Source of the DNA: Octopus vulgaris
Lineage: Eukaryota
Length of the DNA stretch: 64,000 bases
Reading direction: 5' to 3'
Assembly: GCA_951406725.2 (NCBI GenBank)
Contig: OX597821.1
Location: 28,086,001-28,150,000 of the forward strand
The notes beneath the pieces are model-generated. The model did no database searches, had not been told where the DNA came from, and was given only the letters and a program-made list of their open reading frames with translations. The position numbers and the translations under genes were made by a program. This document shows positions 1 through 13,809 of this stretch, piece by piece. Position 1 is the first letter of the stretch, and each line of letters begins with the position of its first letter.

Positions 1-1
1 A

Positions 2-115
2 GCAGACGGAGTTAGAACCGTTCGAGGAGTCACCAGTGATGATACCTACGGTATAGGCGAAACTGGGCTTAGTCTGGTTGATCTGCGAGACGTTCGTCGG
101 GCGGTTACCTCTCCT
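2..115 (+). CDS. Candidate internal coding exon, cut at window start (ADGVRTVRGVTSDDTYGIGETGLSLVDLRDVRRAVTSP)
   Basis: GC-richer than background, open in frame 2, ends at strong donor CCT|GTAAGT (116-121), phase 0. Product not recognised; could belong to the gene ending at 38123. Confidence 0.45.
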
Positions 116-556
116 GTAAGTATATGTAAGTATCTGCGCTCTTCTTACTGTATGAAGCAAATTTTAACTCATGTTTCTAACAATGTAGCTGCAACAGCTC
201 ACTTAGTCAAACTTTGTGAGGATTGTATATAAATGTATATATATATATATAATTCATTTATCGATACGGTTGTATATAAGGTATATGTGCTTGAAAGTTG
301 TGATTTCTTTGGTTTGTTTGTTCCCAAACAATGCTTATTTTAGTGCTGTTGAAACCGCCGGATGGAATGGTATTGCCCAGGTGTCGAAACCATAATGATG
401 TCCGTGGGGGAGGTGATGATGGAGTTACGTTAGATTGTTGGTATGGCTGTGGAAGAGTATTATTTTTTAAATTTTATTTTATCTAGTTTCAGCTCACGTG
501 CTCTGGCCATGCTGGGGCACCGCCTTTATAACACATATTTGGTATATATATATATA

Positions 557-1190
557 CTAGCAGTATCACCCGGCGTTGCTCGGGTTTGTAAGGGAAATAA
601 CTATATAAGCATTTTTAGAGAGTTATAGCCAAAAAATAGCAAAAAATGCATTAAAAATGGAAAAAATATGGTAAATTTTTTGAAAAATCGTTGACTCATC
701 GTAGACATTTTTAGAGAGTTACTTCCCTTATATAATAGCGAAAAAATGCATTAAAATGGAAAAAAAACGATGGTAATTTTTTTTTTAAATCGTAGACTCA
801 TGTAGACGCTTTCTTAGCCATTTCTGTTTTGGTGTCTTCAAGCCATGAAGTCATTGTTCTAAAAGAACGCTGGTCTCCTTGACAACGCATTACGACGTTG
901 ATTTCCTTACACTCCCTTCCCCACAGGTGCAGGTGTGAGTGTGGAAGCCAACTCCGCCGCCATCGACACACGAAAAATTATGCATTAAAATGGAATAAAA
1001 AATGATGTTAAATTATTTTTAAAATCGTAGACTCATCGTAGACGCGCGCTAATACTCAAACGGGCTCGATATGAATCACGACTATAAGCTACCCGAATTT
1101 GGTTAAACTGCACCGCAAAATATGGGAGTAGTTAGGAATCTAAATTGAAGGGGACAGACACTCACACAACTACAGTTTTATATATATAGA
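557..1190 (-). mobile_element. Non-autonomous Helitron, copy 1
   Basis: Minus strand begins TCTATATATATAAAACTG (1190), has subterminal hairpin CCCGAGCAACGCCGGG and ends CTAG (557-560). Inserted between A and T with no TSD. Homologous to 22100-22611. Confidence 0.85.
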
Positions 1191-1199
1191 TATACATAG

Positions 1200-1480
1200 C
1201 GCAGTAGTGGTGAGATGTGACAGCAAAGAAAAGCATACATTCACTCTCTGCATGCAATTAGACTCGGAAAGTTCGTGAGGAACCCATTGACCCAATTTGC
1301 TGACTTTTCCGATAGCACACAGGTCTCAATGAATGGTTGAATGACCAAATCCAAGCTTCTCTGCTAGTTCCTCAACAGTTACGATGAGATTTTGTTCCAC
1401 CAGGGTTTTCATGATGTCCTTGTCGAGTTCTACAGATCTTTCAGGATGAGGCTCGTCTTCTAGGCTGTTCCAATATAGCT
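1200..1480 (-). pseudogene. Mariner transposase fragment
   Basis: Minus-strand translation SLEDEPHPERSVELDKDIMKTLVEQNLIVTVEELAEKLGFGHSTIH*DLCAIGKVSKLGQWVPHEL contains the mariner WVPHEL motif and second HTH. Confidence 0.8.
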
Positions 1481-1780
1481 TTGAAAAAAATAGCTGTTAA
1501 AATCGAAATGCACTCTTCAAAACTTGCACTATGAATAAGGACAAGATAAAATTACTACCTACTTTTATAGCAAGTTAATATAAGTAGTTTATCCCATTCC
1601 CCTCTGACTTTTAGTTCAAGCTGTTGAAAAAACCGCATTATTATATATATATATACATACATACATACATACTTACATACATACATATACACACACACTC
1701 TCTCTCTCACACACATGCACACATTTATATTCTGTTATTCTTTTATATGTTTCAGCCTTGAGGTTGTGGCCATGCTGGAT

Positions 1781-1927
1781 CATGTGTGTGTGTGTGTGTG
1801 TGTGTCTATCTGTCTGTCTGTCTGTATGTATATATGTATATGTATGTGTGTGAACAATAATATTTTCAACAGATGTGTTGCAAATGTATCTGATTGTTCT
1901 CAAGCTTCAATACTGTGTGTGTGTGTA

Positions 1928-1960
<33 letters not shown>

Positions 1961-2015
1961 ATGTATGTATGTATGTATGTATGTGTGTATGTATGTATGT
2001 GTGTGTATGTATGTA

Positions 2016-2050
<35 letters not shown>

Positions 2051-2068
2051 ATGTATGTATGTATGTAT
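1781..2068. repeat. Compound (GT)n/(GTAT)n microsatellite
   Basis: Directly visible; explains overlapping ORF-track entries. Confidence 0.9.
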
Positions 2069-2299
2069 GAGTGTTCCTCAAATCACTATCTCTGGCTATT
2101 TACTCTCTTCCAAGAACATTTTCACTCACACTTATGTGTAGGCTTCCATACATTTTACTCATGTATCTATCAGCGTGATAGAGTGAAACAAATATTACAT
2201 CTAGTTTCACTTTATTCGTTGCCCACAGTGTGTGTGCGTTTGCGTGTGGTGTAAACCAGACTAAGAAAAGCATTTGACACACACCAGAATGTGAGTTTT

Positions 2300-2467
2300 C
2301 TGTAAATTTTGCTTAATTGGAGTTTAAATTTTAAAAACTGGACCCGGCATGACGCGATGCATTGTACTCTTAAAATTGCTAGGTAAATTGTAATTGAAGA
2401 AATCCTATATTGTAGATTTGTATAACTCCCAAAGGGAGGCAGATAAAATCTGCCTTTTATAATAAGA
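2300..2467 (-). mobile_element. Probable Helitron-type 5' end fragment
   Basis: Minus strand starts A|TCTTATTATAAAAGGCAGATTTTATCTGCCT (TC terminus plus short palindrome); 3' end not located. Confidence 0.35.
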
Positions 2468-3592
2468 TATATATATATATATTATATAATTAGGGCTTAT
2501 ACTGAACACTTGGTGAAATTGATTAATTAATTAATTTTACCCTCAATTGTTGATATATATATATATATATATATATATCAGCGTGTGTATGTGTGTCTCC
2601 TAGTGTGTAAAATAAGTATTTTGAGAGGGTGTGAATTTTATTCTCAGGTTCACTCAATGAGTATCTTTCAATAAACAGATGCTATAGTTCAAATTTTTCG
2701 TTATAAAATTCATTATGTTATATAGAATCATATACCTTTGTATGTTGCTGTATAAGGGTAAATCGCTGCAGAAGAGTAGGCAGCGATGTGTACTCTTCAA
2801 CCTGGAGTCTCATAATCCACAAGGAAAAGCACAATAGCAGTCATTTTGATTCATATTTTTGAATAGATGGGATCACACACAACCTAACTGTTGCACTATA
2901 TAAACATTGAATGGTTAAATAATTTAACATATGTCAAGACCTCCTTTTCAAAACATACATTTCAGTGTTTTCATTGTCATCAAGCCCAGCTGCTTAGACA
3001 CTCACATTTAGTTTCGCGACTTTTATAACTTACGCCAAGTTTATACGAATTCCAACATTCATTAGTATTACAACTCACGCGAAAACAGCTACGCTTAGAA
3101 TTGGTCACTGAGTTCCTAGAAAGTATCGACAAAAAAATGAAAGAAAATAATACAAATACAGGACTGGAGATTACCCTCTTCGTATTAGAGCTGCTGACTA
3201 ATATATCAGATCAATTTCTTCATTCCTCATGTGATTTATTTATTTGATAGTAATGTAGATGCACAGCGATTTGTCTTTTCTGTTATTATACGTAATGAAA
3301 AAGTACAATACACCAAGCGGACAACGAAACTTTAAACCGTTCTTTTACATGAAGACAAGCTACACATGTAAATGTTGTTATTTGTTACTTATTCCGGGGT
3401 TACTCATTGGGACAAAGGTAGAGCAGCGGATAACGGGCGCGCGGTAATTTTATGGTGTAAATCAAAATACAAAACTTACTGTGTCATTAAAATACGGACG
3501 AGTGAATTCTTTTGACTCATATTTTTATGAATATTCCACAAAACTATATGACATTGCCCTATTTCATATAAATCGTAGATTCCCATTCAACG

Positions 3593-3672
3593 TATACAAT
3601 TTACTGTATACAATTTAGTATATACAAATTACACTATACAATTTAGTATATATAATTTACTGCATACATTTA
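3593..3672. repeat. 14-bp minisatellite (~TATACAATTTACTG), about 5.5 copies
   Basis: tatacaatttactg/tatacaatttagta/tatacaaattacac/tatacaatttagta/tatataatttactg in tandem. Confidence 0.8.
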
Positions 3673-5330
3673 ACCATAATCTCTTCAAAAATCGAAATAA
3701 GCATTCTGATGTTCATGAATTTCAGTTCCGGTTAATGGAAGCAAAAGATATATACATTATATATATTGAGGACGTTTTATAGTTATAAATTTTGCTCTAA
3801 CAGGAAGCATATAACATGTCTTTCTGTGTTAAGCACAATACACACTTCTTACATATTCGGAGTAGGAAGAAAACAAAAAATTATAACACCTTTATGTGTT
3901 GGTCGGAACAATTTTTCGAATACTAATGGAGGAAAGATAACGATAATCATAATGGTATTCAAGACGTGAATGTGTAAGTGGGGAAATTAAACACAAATTA
4001 TTATGGCATACATTATTTTATATATGTGATTAACACTTTGAACTAGCGAGTATGCTTTAGCAGGCACGATTTGTTTGGTATATACACACATAGAAGACAC
4101 AGAATTGAGTGTCCACATGCTTCTAAGTTTACTGCTGAATAAAAGGTTTTTTGTTTCTAATTTCTGCTGTCATATCACAATTATCCATCTCTAGTGTCTG
4201 CTAGCATGGTACACACATGCACACATGTACAAATACACACACACACACACCCAAACACGCCCTTTAATTTTGTTTGTACGTATGTATGACGAATTATCTT
4301 AAAAGCAAGCACTTTTCAAATGGGGAACGCAAAATAGAAACAAAGCTACAAAAAAACAAGCAGGCATGTTTGTAAATTTGTAGGAGTCGGCAGTGTCTAT
4401 CATATCAACCTCAGTGCAGCAGTTTTACTTACTATAAAGATACGGAAACTGAAAATTAAAGATAATTCTCATAGTGTTTGAAGTCGATATATACCAATTG
4501 ATAACTCAATATCACAAAATACACTTCCTTTTATATTACTTATTCCGCCACTGTATTCTACGCTGAATATTTTACTATTACTGCATTCCAGTCCAATGTT
4601 TATAAGAAGAAAACAAATCAATAATAAATGCAATTATGTTGACATAGCAAGATGTCTTGATTAAAGTTATTTCTTGTCAGGAACTTCCTTTCTGTAATCA
4701 GTGTATGATGTGAAATCTGTTCATTACTACAGCATTAAATTCACTATACAAATCGGATTCCTGGAAATCATTATATAACAAGGACGTCAATTACGTCGTT
4801 TATTTGAAAGTGTTTTGCCTGCCTACATCTAATCTTCAAGCATGCTAGAATATTAATAATGTCTTCGGCATTCGTTTTCACTCCGCATTCTTGTGCATCA
4901 AAGTCAACTAATACGAATTCAAATTCAAAGCAATGCTTGTCACATTTCATACCGTACAATCCAATTTGCTGTGATGGCAACACAATGTGTTTGTCATTTT
5001 CTATTTACTAATTAAGAAGATTTACTTATTCGTGTTTGGGCGTTTTTCCAGGTTATTCTAACAAATATGATTTCTCTGATAATTCTTCAATAATTCCTAA
5101 TCTCTTCCGTGTTGTTGGCCTTGGTTTGGGATTGCAGTCAATTTTAATATATTTCCCTATAATTAACATGCTAGAATGAAACTCATGTAAGTTCGACTTA
5201 ATCTTCATTCAATTTCTGTGTATATGGAAATGCTGAATACATTCGTAAAAATGACGTTGATTGACTATATAGCATATGTAACACTATCTCTCCCATTGTA
5301 TATAAATACATACACACACGCGCGCGCATA

Positions 5331-5393
<63 letters not shown>

Positions 5394-5738
5394 CTGTGTG
5401 TGTGTTTATGTGTGTACGTGTGTGTGTGTGTATGTACGTAATGTATGTATACATATATAAAGATATATACGAATATTAATTCATAAAGAAATAATAAATT
5501 TTCCGAGAATATGAAAGAATTATGAGTATGATAACTGACAGACCAGTAATGAAGCCAGACTGAACAATTTGATGTATTTAATTTCATTCTTTTATGCAGT
5601 GTTCAAATTAAGTTGCAGTTCACTAAGCCTTTAATATATACACTAGTAATGTAAAAGTTCCATCATTAAACACAATGGAGTTAATTAAAATGGTAATTCT
5701 CTTTCGTGGAAAGGTACTTCTTAGGATCAAGATATACT

Positions 5739-6061
5739 TCACTCCGTCGGTTACGACTATATGTGTTCTGGGTGATCCGATTAATGGAACATCTTGCTCA
5801 TGAAATTAGTGTGTAAGTGGTCGAGCACTCCACACACACTCATCTACCCTTAACGTATTTCTCAGAGAGATTCAGCATGACACACAGTGTGGCAAAGGTG
5901 GTCCTTTGAAATACAGGTTCTACTTATTTTTGCCAGCTGTGCTAACTGAGGCAACGTAAAATAAAGTGTCTTGCTGAAGGACAAAACGTGTCGCCGGGAA
6001 TTGAACTCATGACCTTACGATCATGAACTGAATACCCTAACCAGTAAGCCATGCGCCTTCA
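5739..6061 (-). mobile_element. tRNA-derived SINE (family E)
   Basis: Minus-strand head TGAAGGCGCATGGCTTACTGGTTAGGG (A box) ... GAGTTCAATTCCC (B box), followed by CORE-like CCTTCAGCAAGACACTTT. Confidence 0.75.
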
Positions 6062-6502
6062 CGATCAAGGCACTTCTTGAACACAATCAATATGAGTTGT
6101 TATACCAACGATCGAAAGAAAATCGTCGCGGTCGCAAAAAAATTTCAAATGACGTCCAATCCCCATATGAAAAGCACACGAGAATGTGTACTAAATAGTA
6201 AGATACAGCTAAAACATAATGCCCTACAAGCTGATGTCAACATGGCCTTTGTCTTTTCAGGGATCATAAAAAAAAATTACCAGTCCAAGTCTTGTATACA
6301 TGGGTGTGTAAGGACTTGGGACAGAATATCTTACGCTACTTGTCCCATTTCCTTGAATTCTGGGTTCCATTACTCTCTGACATGACGAAAATATTTAGGT
6401 TAGAAAATTTAGAGAAATATTCTACCAGTGGCCAGCATGCGTAATAGAGTCAATAGACAACATATTTTTCATATATAGATATATATAGATATATATATTT
6501 TC

Positions 6503-6551
<49 letters not shown>

Positions 6552-7233
6552 GTGTACAGAACATTTACATGTTAATGTGTCTACATACATACATAGCTAT
6601 ATAATTGTATGAGACTGTGTTTTGTCAAACTAACGCAAATGGTTGGAAATGTTTGGCATGTGCCTTTGTACGCTGTGACATAATAAAGTGCAGTCTTATT
6701 TGGTTTCTGTTATATTCATACAACTCATTTACTACAAAAAAAAAAAAAACGCACGAAGATACTAACAGCCTCACGTTCATACACGCACACTCACACAGTC
6801 GCACATATATGTTGATTCATGCATGTATTCCATACGTAACATTGATGCATGTGCGCAAATTATTTCTGTCGACATATAAGTGCTCCATTGCCAAATAAAA
6901 TCTTTTTGAAGACATGCCTTATGTATTCATCTGCACTGACACGTTGCTTATTGGCGATAGCCGTAATTCTACATGTGAATACAGTGTTCTGGAAATCATT
7001 ATTCATACTTACAATTACTTAACAACCTAAACCTTAACAGATTGTTGCATTTTAGGTGTGGAAATCGATTTATTTTTTATTTGTTTATTTCTGTACGACA
7101 GGGTGTCACACAAACATTATCAAATTACATAATTATTCGCGTTATTTAATCATATTGCCGTTATATCATAATCACTGGAAATTTCACCTCATATTTTTTT
7201 CGTAATTTGATGTTATTATTATTTCCTATTATA

Positions 7234-7670
7234 AGGCGGCGAGCTGGCAGAGTCGTTAGCACGCCGGACGAAATGCTAGGCAGCATTTCGTCCGTCTTCA
7301 CGTTCTTAGTTCAAATTTCGCCGAGGTCAACTTTACCTTTTATCCTTTCGGGATCGATAAAATAAGTATCCAGCTGAGTACTGGGGTCGATGTGATCGAC
7401 TATCACTCTCCCCAAAGTTTTAGGCCATGTACCAATAATAGAAACGATTATTATTTCCTATGATAACGCGTCGAGCTTGCAGAACCGTTAGCACACCGGC
7501 AGAAATTCATAGCGTCACTTCCCACGTCGGTACATTCTGAGTTGAAATTCCACCTTTCATCATTTCCGGGTTGATAAATTAAGCACCAGTTGATTTCTGG
7601 GGTAGGCCTAATCGTCTTACTCCTCCCTGAAAATTGCTGACCTAGTGCCAAAATTTGAAACCATTATTAT
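7234..7670 (+). mobile_element. Two tandem SINE family A copies
   Basis: GGCGGCGAGCTGGCAGAGTCGTTAGC head, GTTCAAAT B box, CCTTTTATCCTTTCGGGATCGATAAA core; degenerate second copy from ~7466. Confidence 0.8.
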
Positions 7671-8120
7671 TTCCGATCGTGGAACGTACTGTAAAACGCC
7701 GGATAAAATGATTCACAATAACGGTTCCTTACATTCTGGCTCCAAATTTTGCCGTATTTAACGGTGAATTTCGGAGGGGATGAAATAAAGTACCAACTAA
7801 TTGCTGAGATCAGTTTAATCACGAGTCATTCCACTCAAGAATGTTACTCGTATGTTTAAATTAAAATACACAATTTCAAATATTGTCTTTTCGACAAATA
7901 TTTATTCCTCATAAAATTTTGCCGATGATTTTATCAAAAGATTTCAGTAAACAACTTTTCATAACAATCTAATCATATACCACGTCTTTCTTGTGAATAT
8001 GGGACCAGACAGATAATAAAAGGACATTAGCTGACTACTCAAAAAAAAAAAAAAAAGAAAACAATAGCTAAACATTGTGTGAATAGGATATATTTCCCAA
8101 TGCGACAAAGCTTTATTTTA

Positions 8121-8194
<74 letters not shown>

Positions 8195-8690
8195 AATTAT
8201 TGTATACAGTGCTCTGGTGCACCACAACTTGTCAAAAAGTGCGCATAAAGTATATGCAGTAATGCACAAATGTCTGGAAAGCGAACAGTGTATGAGTCAG
8301 ATACATGCTTGCATGTGTATGGAGGGGAGAAAATCAGGTGTAGTGTTGGCGAATGTCAGGAAGCATGGCAGTTTTGAAGGATGCAGTGCTCCGGCAATTA
8401 ACAACTGATGCCGGCAGTTTGTTCCATGCTTCAGCAACTCTTAGCGTGAAAAAATGTTTCCGAAATTCTTGGGAGCTGTGCTGTTTTCTGACTTTGTAAA
8501 CATGTCCACGTGTGTTAGACAGGTGGAGTTTGAAAAGGTGCTCAGAGTTATTGTTGTAAGAGGGTTAATAATTTTATGGGTGTCTGCCAAGTCAGCTGCC
8601 ATAGGTCGGAGTTTCAATGTGTCCATGCCCAGGCAAGTAAGGTGTTCTGAATATGGCAAATGCCTGATGGAGGGTAGGAGCGTCCTTATT
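8121..8690 (-). mobile_element. 5'-truncated CR1/L2-type LINE 3' end with (ATT)n tail
   Basis: Minus-strand PYSEHLTCLGMDTLKLRPMAADL...HKII and FFTLRVAEAWNKLPASVV (typical CR1-group ORF2 C-terminus), then 3' UTR and microsatellite tail. Confidence 0.8.
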
Positions 8691-10035
8691 CAGTCAAAAG
8701 AGTCGTGCACCCTCCATGAACGGAATAAAAAACAATAACACTACTGCAAACAAATGCATTTTTAGAAGTCGTTTATGTGATATACTCTAGAATTTTCCAG
8801 ATAATGTTCAGAGGAAAAAATATATAGAGTAACAGTTTAAACAGCATGAATCTATGGAATACGATTACCAATTTCAGATAGGTATTACAATATATAACAT
8901 GCAAAAATATATTAAAAAATAGCTGGTGTCGGTTTGACAGCAGTGACATCATGTGACCTGTGTTGATAAATAGATACCGAAACACGTAGAAGACATCTTG
9001 AATTACTTTGAAATGTAGATGGCATTTTGCTCCTATCACACGATGAGAAGAAATTGTCGTACGTGCTCAGGAAAAATTAACTCATGTAGAAGTGATTCAA
9101 AGTCTTTCTCAAAATATATACAATCCTTGCAGTTGTATTGAACACTACGTTTATTCATTTGTTCAGTTACTTGAATGCATATATATATATATGTGTTTGT
9201 GTGTGTATGTGTGTGTGTGTGTGTTCGTGTGTGTATCATATATATATATATATAGATACATATATACTACAGACAGATATTCATACATGAATACATACAT
9301 ACGTCCATACATATTTACGTACATATATACACACATACATATATGCATACAAGCATACTTGGATAGCAATAATTCTTTATTCAATGTGTGATTTTAGCTG
9401 TATGACCCCAAAATTTATATAATATCTATTTCAGTGTTGTATATAAACTTATGTATTGCTCCGAAATGACATGAAAGATGACTTTGCATTTTTTTGTACA
9501 TTTTCATCTGCAGAAATCAGTAACTATTCAATCAATCATAGTCATTTCCTCGAGCATTGGTATGTATTGTGTCTTGGAAAAATAAATATTTGATAAAAAT
9601 ATTTCGGAAAATTTATGACCAATGAAGTGATCCGTATATTTGCTTTAAAATTATAATCTTTCCCTATATTTGATAAATAAATTAAGGCTTATTCACACGA
9701 ATAAAAGAAAACGAAATGTAAGATATTTGCTTGCTACTTCCTTTCTTTCTGAAAATATGTTTGTATTGTAGGCGAACTAATTTTTAACATGAATAGACAA
9801 ATATAGCAAATTTTAATACAGTTCCTTAGAGATAAGTATATCGAATAATAAATATATAAATTCTTCTATTTTTCATATTTTTTTTAAAATATACAATGCA
9901 TTAATTGTTAGTAATAAGTATATTTAATCGACTAGTATTAGTGCTTTCCGTTGAATAAAAGTCAACGACAATGTTTTCCGAGAAAACAACTTAAGGAGAA
10001 GAAAACTGAAAGGAAAATGCAACTATCTCTACGTT

Positions 10036-10067
10036 TATATCTATCTATCTATCTATATATCTATCTG

Positions 10068-10104
<37 letters not shown>

Positions 10105-10273
10105 TTAACTATCTATCTGTCTATATATCTATCTATCTATCCATCTATCTACGTATCTATTTATCAATCTATCTATCTATCTGTCTATCTATCTATCTAT
10201 CTAACTAACTAACTATATATATATATATGTACATATAGATGTATATATATGTATATAAATATATACATATTAC

Positions 10274-10325
<52 letters not shown>
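10036..10325. repeat. (TATC)n and (TA)n microsatellites
   Basis: Directly visible. Confidence 0.9.
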
Positions 10326-10328
<3 letters not shown>

Positions 10329-10740
10329 TAAAAACATACATACATGTATTTGCGAAGAGAATGACGTTGAAAGTATATCTCAATTTTCTAAAGAAATACA
10401 ATGAGTCTGAAAAAAGTTATAAAAAACATATTAAAAGCCAGGAGGAAAGAAAAAGAAACTAAGAGAAACGTTTTGAACACAGTAACTCGTTTAAAGCTGA
10501 ACTCAAAACATATACATTAGAGTGCTATAATTCCACGGAAATGTTTATATTACCACGAAATATTTTCTGGAAAATTAGAAAAACTTTACTGAAGAAAGAA
10601 AACCATCTGTCTTACACTTTATCTGTCTATGTGTACACACACACACACATATATATATACATACATACATATATATATATTATTATATACATATATAAAG
10701 TTAATCCAAACATGAAAACAATCCAAACATGAAAACATAT

Positions 10741-10771
<31 letters not shown>

Positions 10772-10778
10772 GATATAG

Positions 10779-10827
<49 letters not shown>

Positions 10828-10968
10828 CATACATATATATATAAAAACACACACACATATGTATATAGTCTGTCTGTAAAACACGAAATACTGTATATAT
10901 ATCTATCCATATACCTTCTCTCTCTTCTCTCTTTCTTTATGTCTCTCTCTCCCTCTCTCTCTCTCTCT

Positions 10969-11004
<36 letters not shown>

Positions 11005-11007
<3 letters not shown>

Positions 11008-11923
11008 AATTAATAAATAAAACATATGCATATATACATACATATATGTACGTACCTACATCTACATGTATATATACATGCATATATGGGTACAGGACAC
11101 CAAACAAAAACGTCGAACACAATGAGAAACGAAAACAAACACAAAACCAAGGAAATGGACATTTTTCTTAAACAACAAAAAAATAGAGTACAGGACATAG
11201 AACACAAGGAAAATTCCCCTGCTACAATCGCCTCTGTTTCATCTACTCCACGTTTCGAATGTCAAAGCGAGACACGACTTCATTGAAACATTCCTTCCCG
11301 CAAAAAGCAAAGTAAATAAAATTTGAGATTTTTTGCGGAGGTGTAAAAATGGTAACAAAAACAGGACAGTTAAGACAGTACAAAATATAAACACTAAAAG
11401 ACAGGACAAGGAGAATAACAGTAACACAGACAAGGAGGGATGTTAAGCCAAACGAGAGAAAATATTACGAACGCTTTTTTTTTGAGAACGGCGAAGGAGG
11501 CACAGAAAAGCCGTTTACACTTGAAGGAAGCTAGGTCAGAAAAACAGTAGTTTTCTCGTCGCTGACCAGCGACTGGACAGAGGAGGAGAAGTAAGAGAAA
11601 TGGAATGGTTGTAGAGAGAACCAGAAATAATGAAGAATGAGAGAGAGGGAGGAAGAGACAGTAAGGTAGAAGAAAAGGAAAACAGAAAGAATGAAGGCTG
11701 AGAAAGCAGGGGACAGAAAATTTAAGAGTGCGTCCTGTACTCTATTTTTTCGTTGTTTAAGAAAAATGTCCATTTCATTGGTTTTGTGTTTATGTTTTCG
11801 TTTCTCATTGTGTTCGACGTTTTATTGGTGTCCTGTACCCATATATGCATGTATATATACATGTAGATGTAGGTACGTACATATATGTATGTATATATGC
11901 ATATGTTTTATTTATTAATTTGT
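11005..11923. mobile_element. Repeat bounded by ~190-bp inverted duplication (probable Penelope-like insertion)
   Basis: 11005-11196 and 11732-11923 are near-perfect reverse complements. Confidence 0.6.
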
Positions 11924-11969
11924 TATTATACGACAGAACGCACGCATCCATTTCTAAGTAAGTTTGTTC

Positions 11970-12008
<39 letters not shown>

Positions 12009-12090
12009 CTATATGGATGTGTGTATATGCATACATATATATACAAACGTATAAATACATACATACATACATACATATATATATATATAC

Positions 12091-12129
<39 letters not shown>

Positions 12130-12130
<1 letters not shown>

Positions 12131-12488
12131 AATCGAATGAGTTCCAGTCAACAAGAATGAGTACTGAGGGGACTTGGTTGAAAGTCTGTGGATAACTCAG
12201 ACTTTCATCCACAACACCTTTTTTGATACACTGAATTGCTGTTCCTACCTCGCAAACAAGGACAGACAGAAAGGATGTGCTTGAAGCCGAAAATTTGAGT
12301 TTACAAAACACAGAAACTATACTTATATATCTCCTGATGAAACACATCAACATCTCAAACTTGAAGGAAACGATTACGTAGCCAAATGCCTGCGAATCTG
12401 AAGAACTACGTTGCGTGGAACCAATTGTAGGGATTACAAATAAATGTTCTTCTGTACTATTTCTTGTTGACTCCAACTTATTCGATTA
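12130..12488 (+). mobile_element. Mariner-like MITE or internally deleted element
   Basis: 35-bp TIRs (12130-12164 and 12454-12488), 30/35 match. Confidence 0.6.
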
Positions 12489-12608
12489 TCCATTCACATA
12501 TTACAACGCAAAGTCAACAGTAGTTATAATACTACTGGTGGATAGCACCGGGCGAAATCTGAAGGTGGACGAGCTTTATACTGTACTCTACTACGTTCCG
12601 AACGGAAT

Positions 12609-12658
<50 letters not shown>

Positions 12659-12826
12659 CATGTCAATATGCATATAATTGAATGCTATCAATTACATCAA
12701 GTATCATATTTTCCGAATATTCGTAACGTGTGAATTGATGGACAAGTCGTCTTTAAAACGAATCAGCGAAAAACAGAGAATGCGTCAGTCTCACTATAAC
12801 ATCTCAGTGAAGCATGTTCCATTTAG

Positions 12827-13010
12827 GGGCCGTGGTGGTAATTTAGCGAATATCTTAGCGGCATTTCGTCCATCTTTACGTTCTGAGGTCGACATTGCTT
12901 TTCATCATATCGAAGCCAATAAAAAATGTCCTAGTTGAGTACATGGGTCGATGTAATCGACTTCCTACTCTGTCAACATTTATAGCCTTGTACTAAAATT
13001 TTAAATCAAT
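12827..13010 (+). mobile_element. Degenerate SINE family A
   Basis: CTTAGCGGCATTTCGTCCATCTTTACGTTCTGAGGTCGAC...GGGTCGATGTAATCGACT. Confidence 0.6.
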
Positions 13011-13809
13011 ATAAAACGTTATTGTTAAACGACTGTTCTTCAGAGTACATACAAATAAGTTAGTAGTAGACTAACAAAGGACTGCTCTGCAGACTAAATG
13101 CAAAAAAAGTTAAGAGTGTTTCTCATATGTAATAGACTGTGTTGAAATGCTTCAGTCAACTGAGATTATCTCATCAATTATTAAGCAAAATGTTTTTATA
13201 TGTGAGTGTTTCAGTGTAAAAGGAAAACCAGTGAAATAATAACTTCAATAGTAACTGCTGACATTGTCACTTTATACTTGATGCTGTTTGGATTGAAATG
13301 GTATTTAAAACAAAGTGGTTGTATCAAAACACATGTTCCAGTATTATCAAAATTCATCAGCGAAACATTCAACTTAGTAAAAGTAAGAATGTTCAACACG
13401 CAAACATGCACACGAAATATATACCCATAAACGCACACATAAACATATGTAAGGCTGGCTGGCTGAATGGATGGATATACGGGAAGAAAGAAAGATGGCA
13501 TTTGTGTTGATTGAAGACATCAACAATAGGTGTCTCAGTGGAGAAATGTGCTTTATTTGGTATATTTATGGATTTAATATGTTGAGACTATTACGAAACA
13601 CAATCACGAATCACTGTGGGTATATCTTGTTGAAATAATTCCACTATATATTTGTATTAGGTTGTTTTTCATGAAATGTTGCATTTTTAATTACTTGTTA
13701 TTTCAGATATTTAAAAACTCAATTATGTATATCTTGCATTTCATCTTGATTCTTTTTTCTTTCCCAACAATATTGGTATTCAAAATTCGTACCCACAGAT
13801 CTTATAAAA

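Noticed and set aside
3593-3672. CRISPR-like array
   Set aside because: Contiguous 14-bp tandem units with no spacers, in eukaryotic DNA.
4771-5180. Possible exon or ORF (minus ORF 4771-4983; acceptor TTTTCCAG at ~5051)
   Set aside because: No recognisable domain, AT-rich, and no convincing donor.
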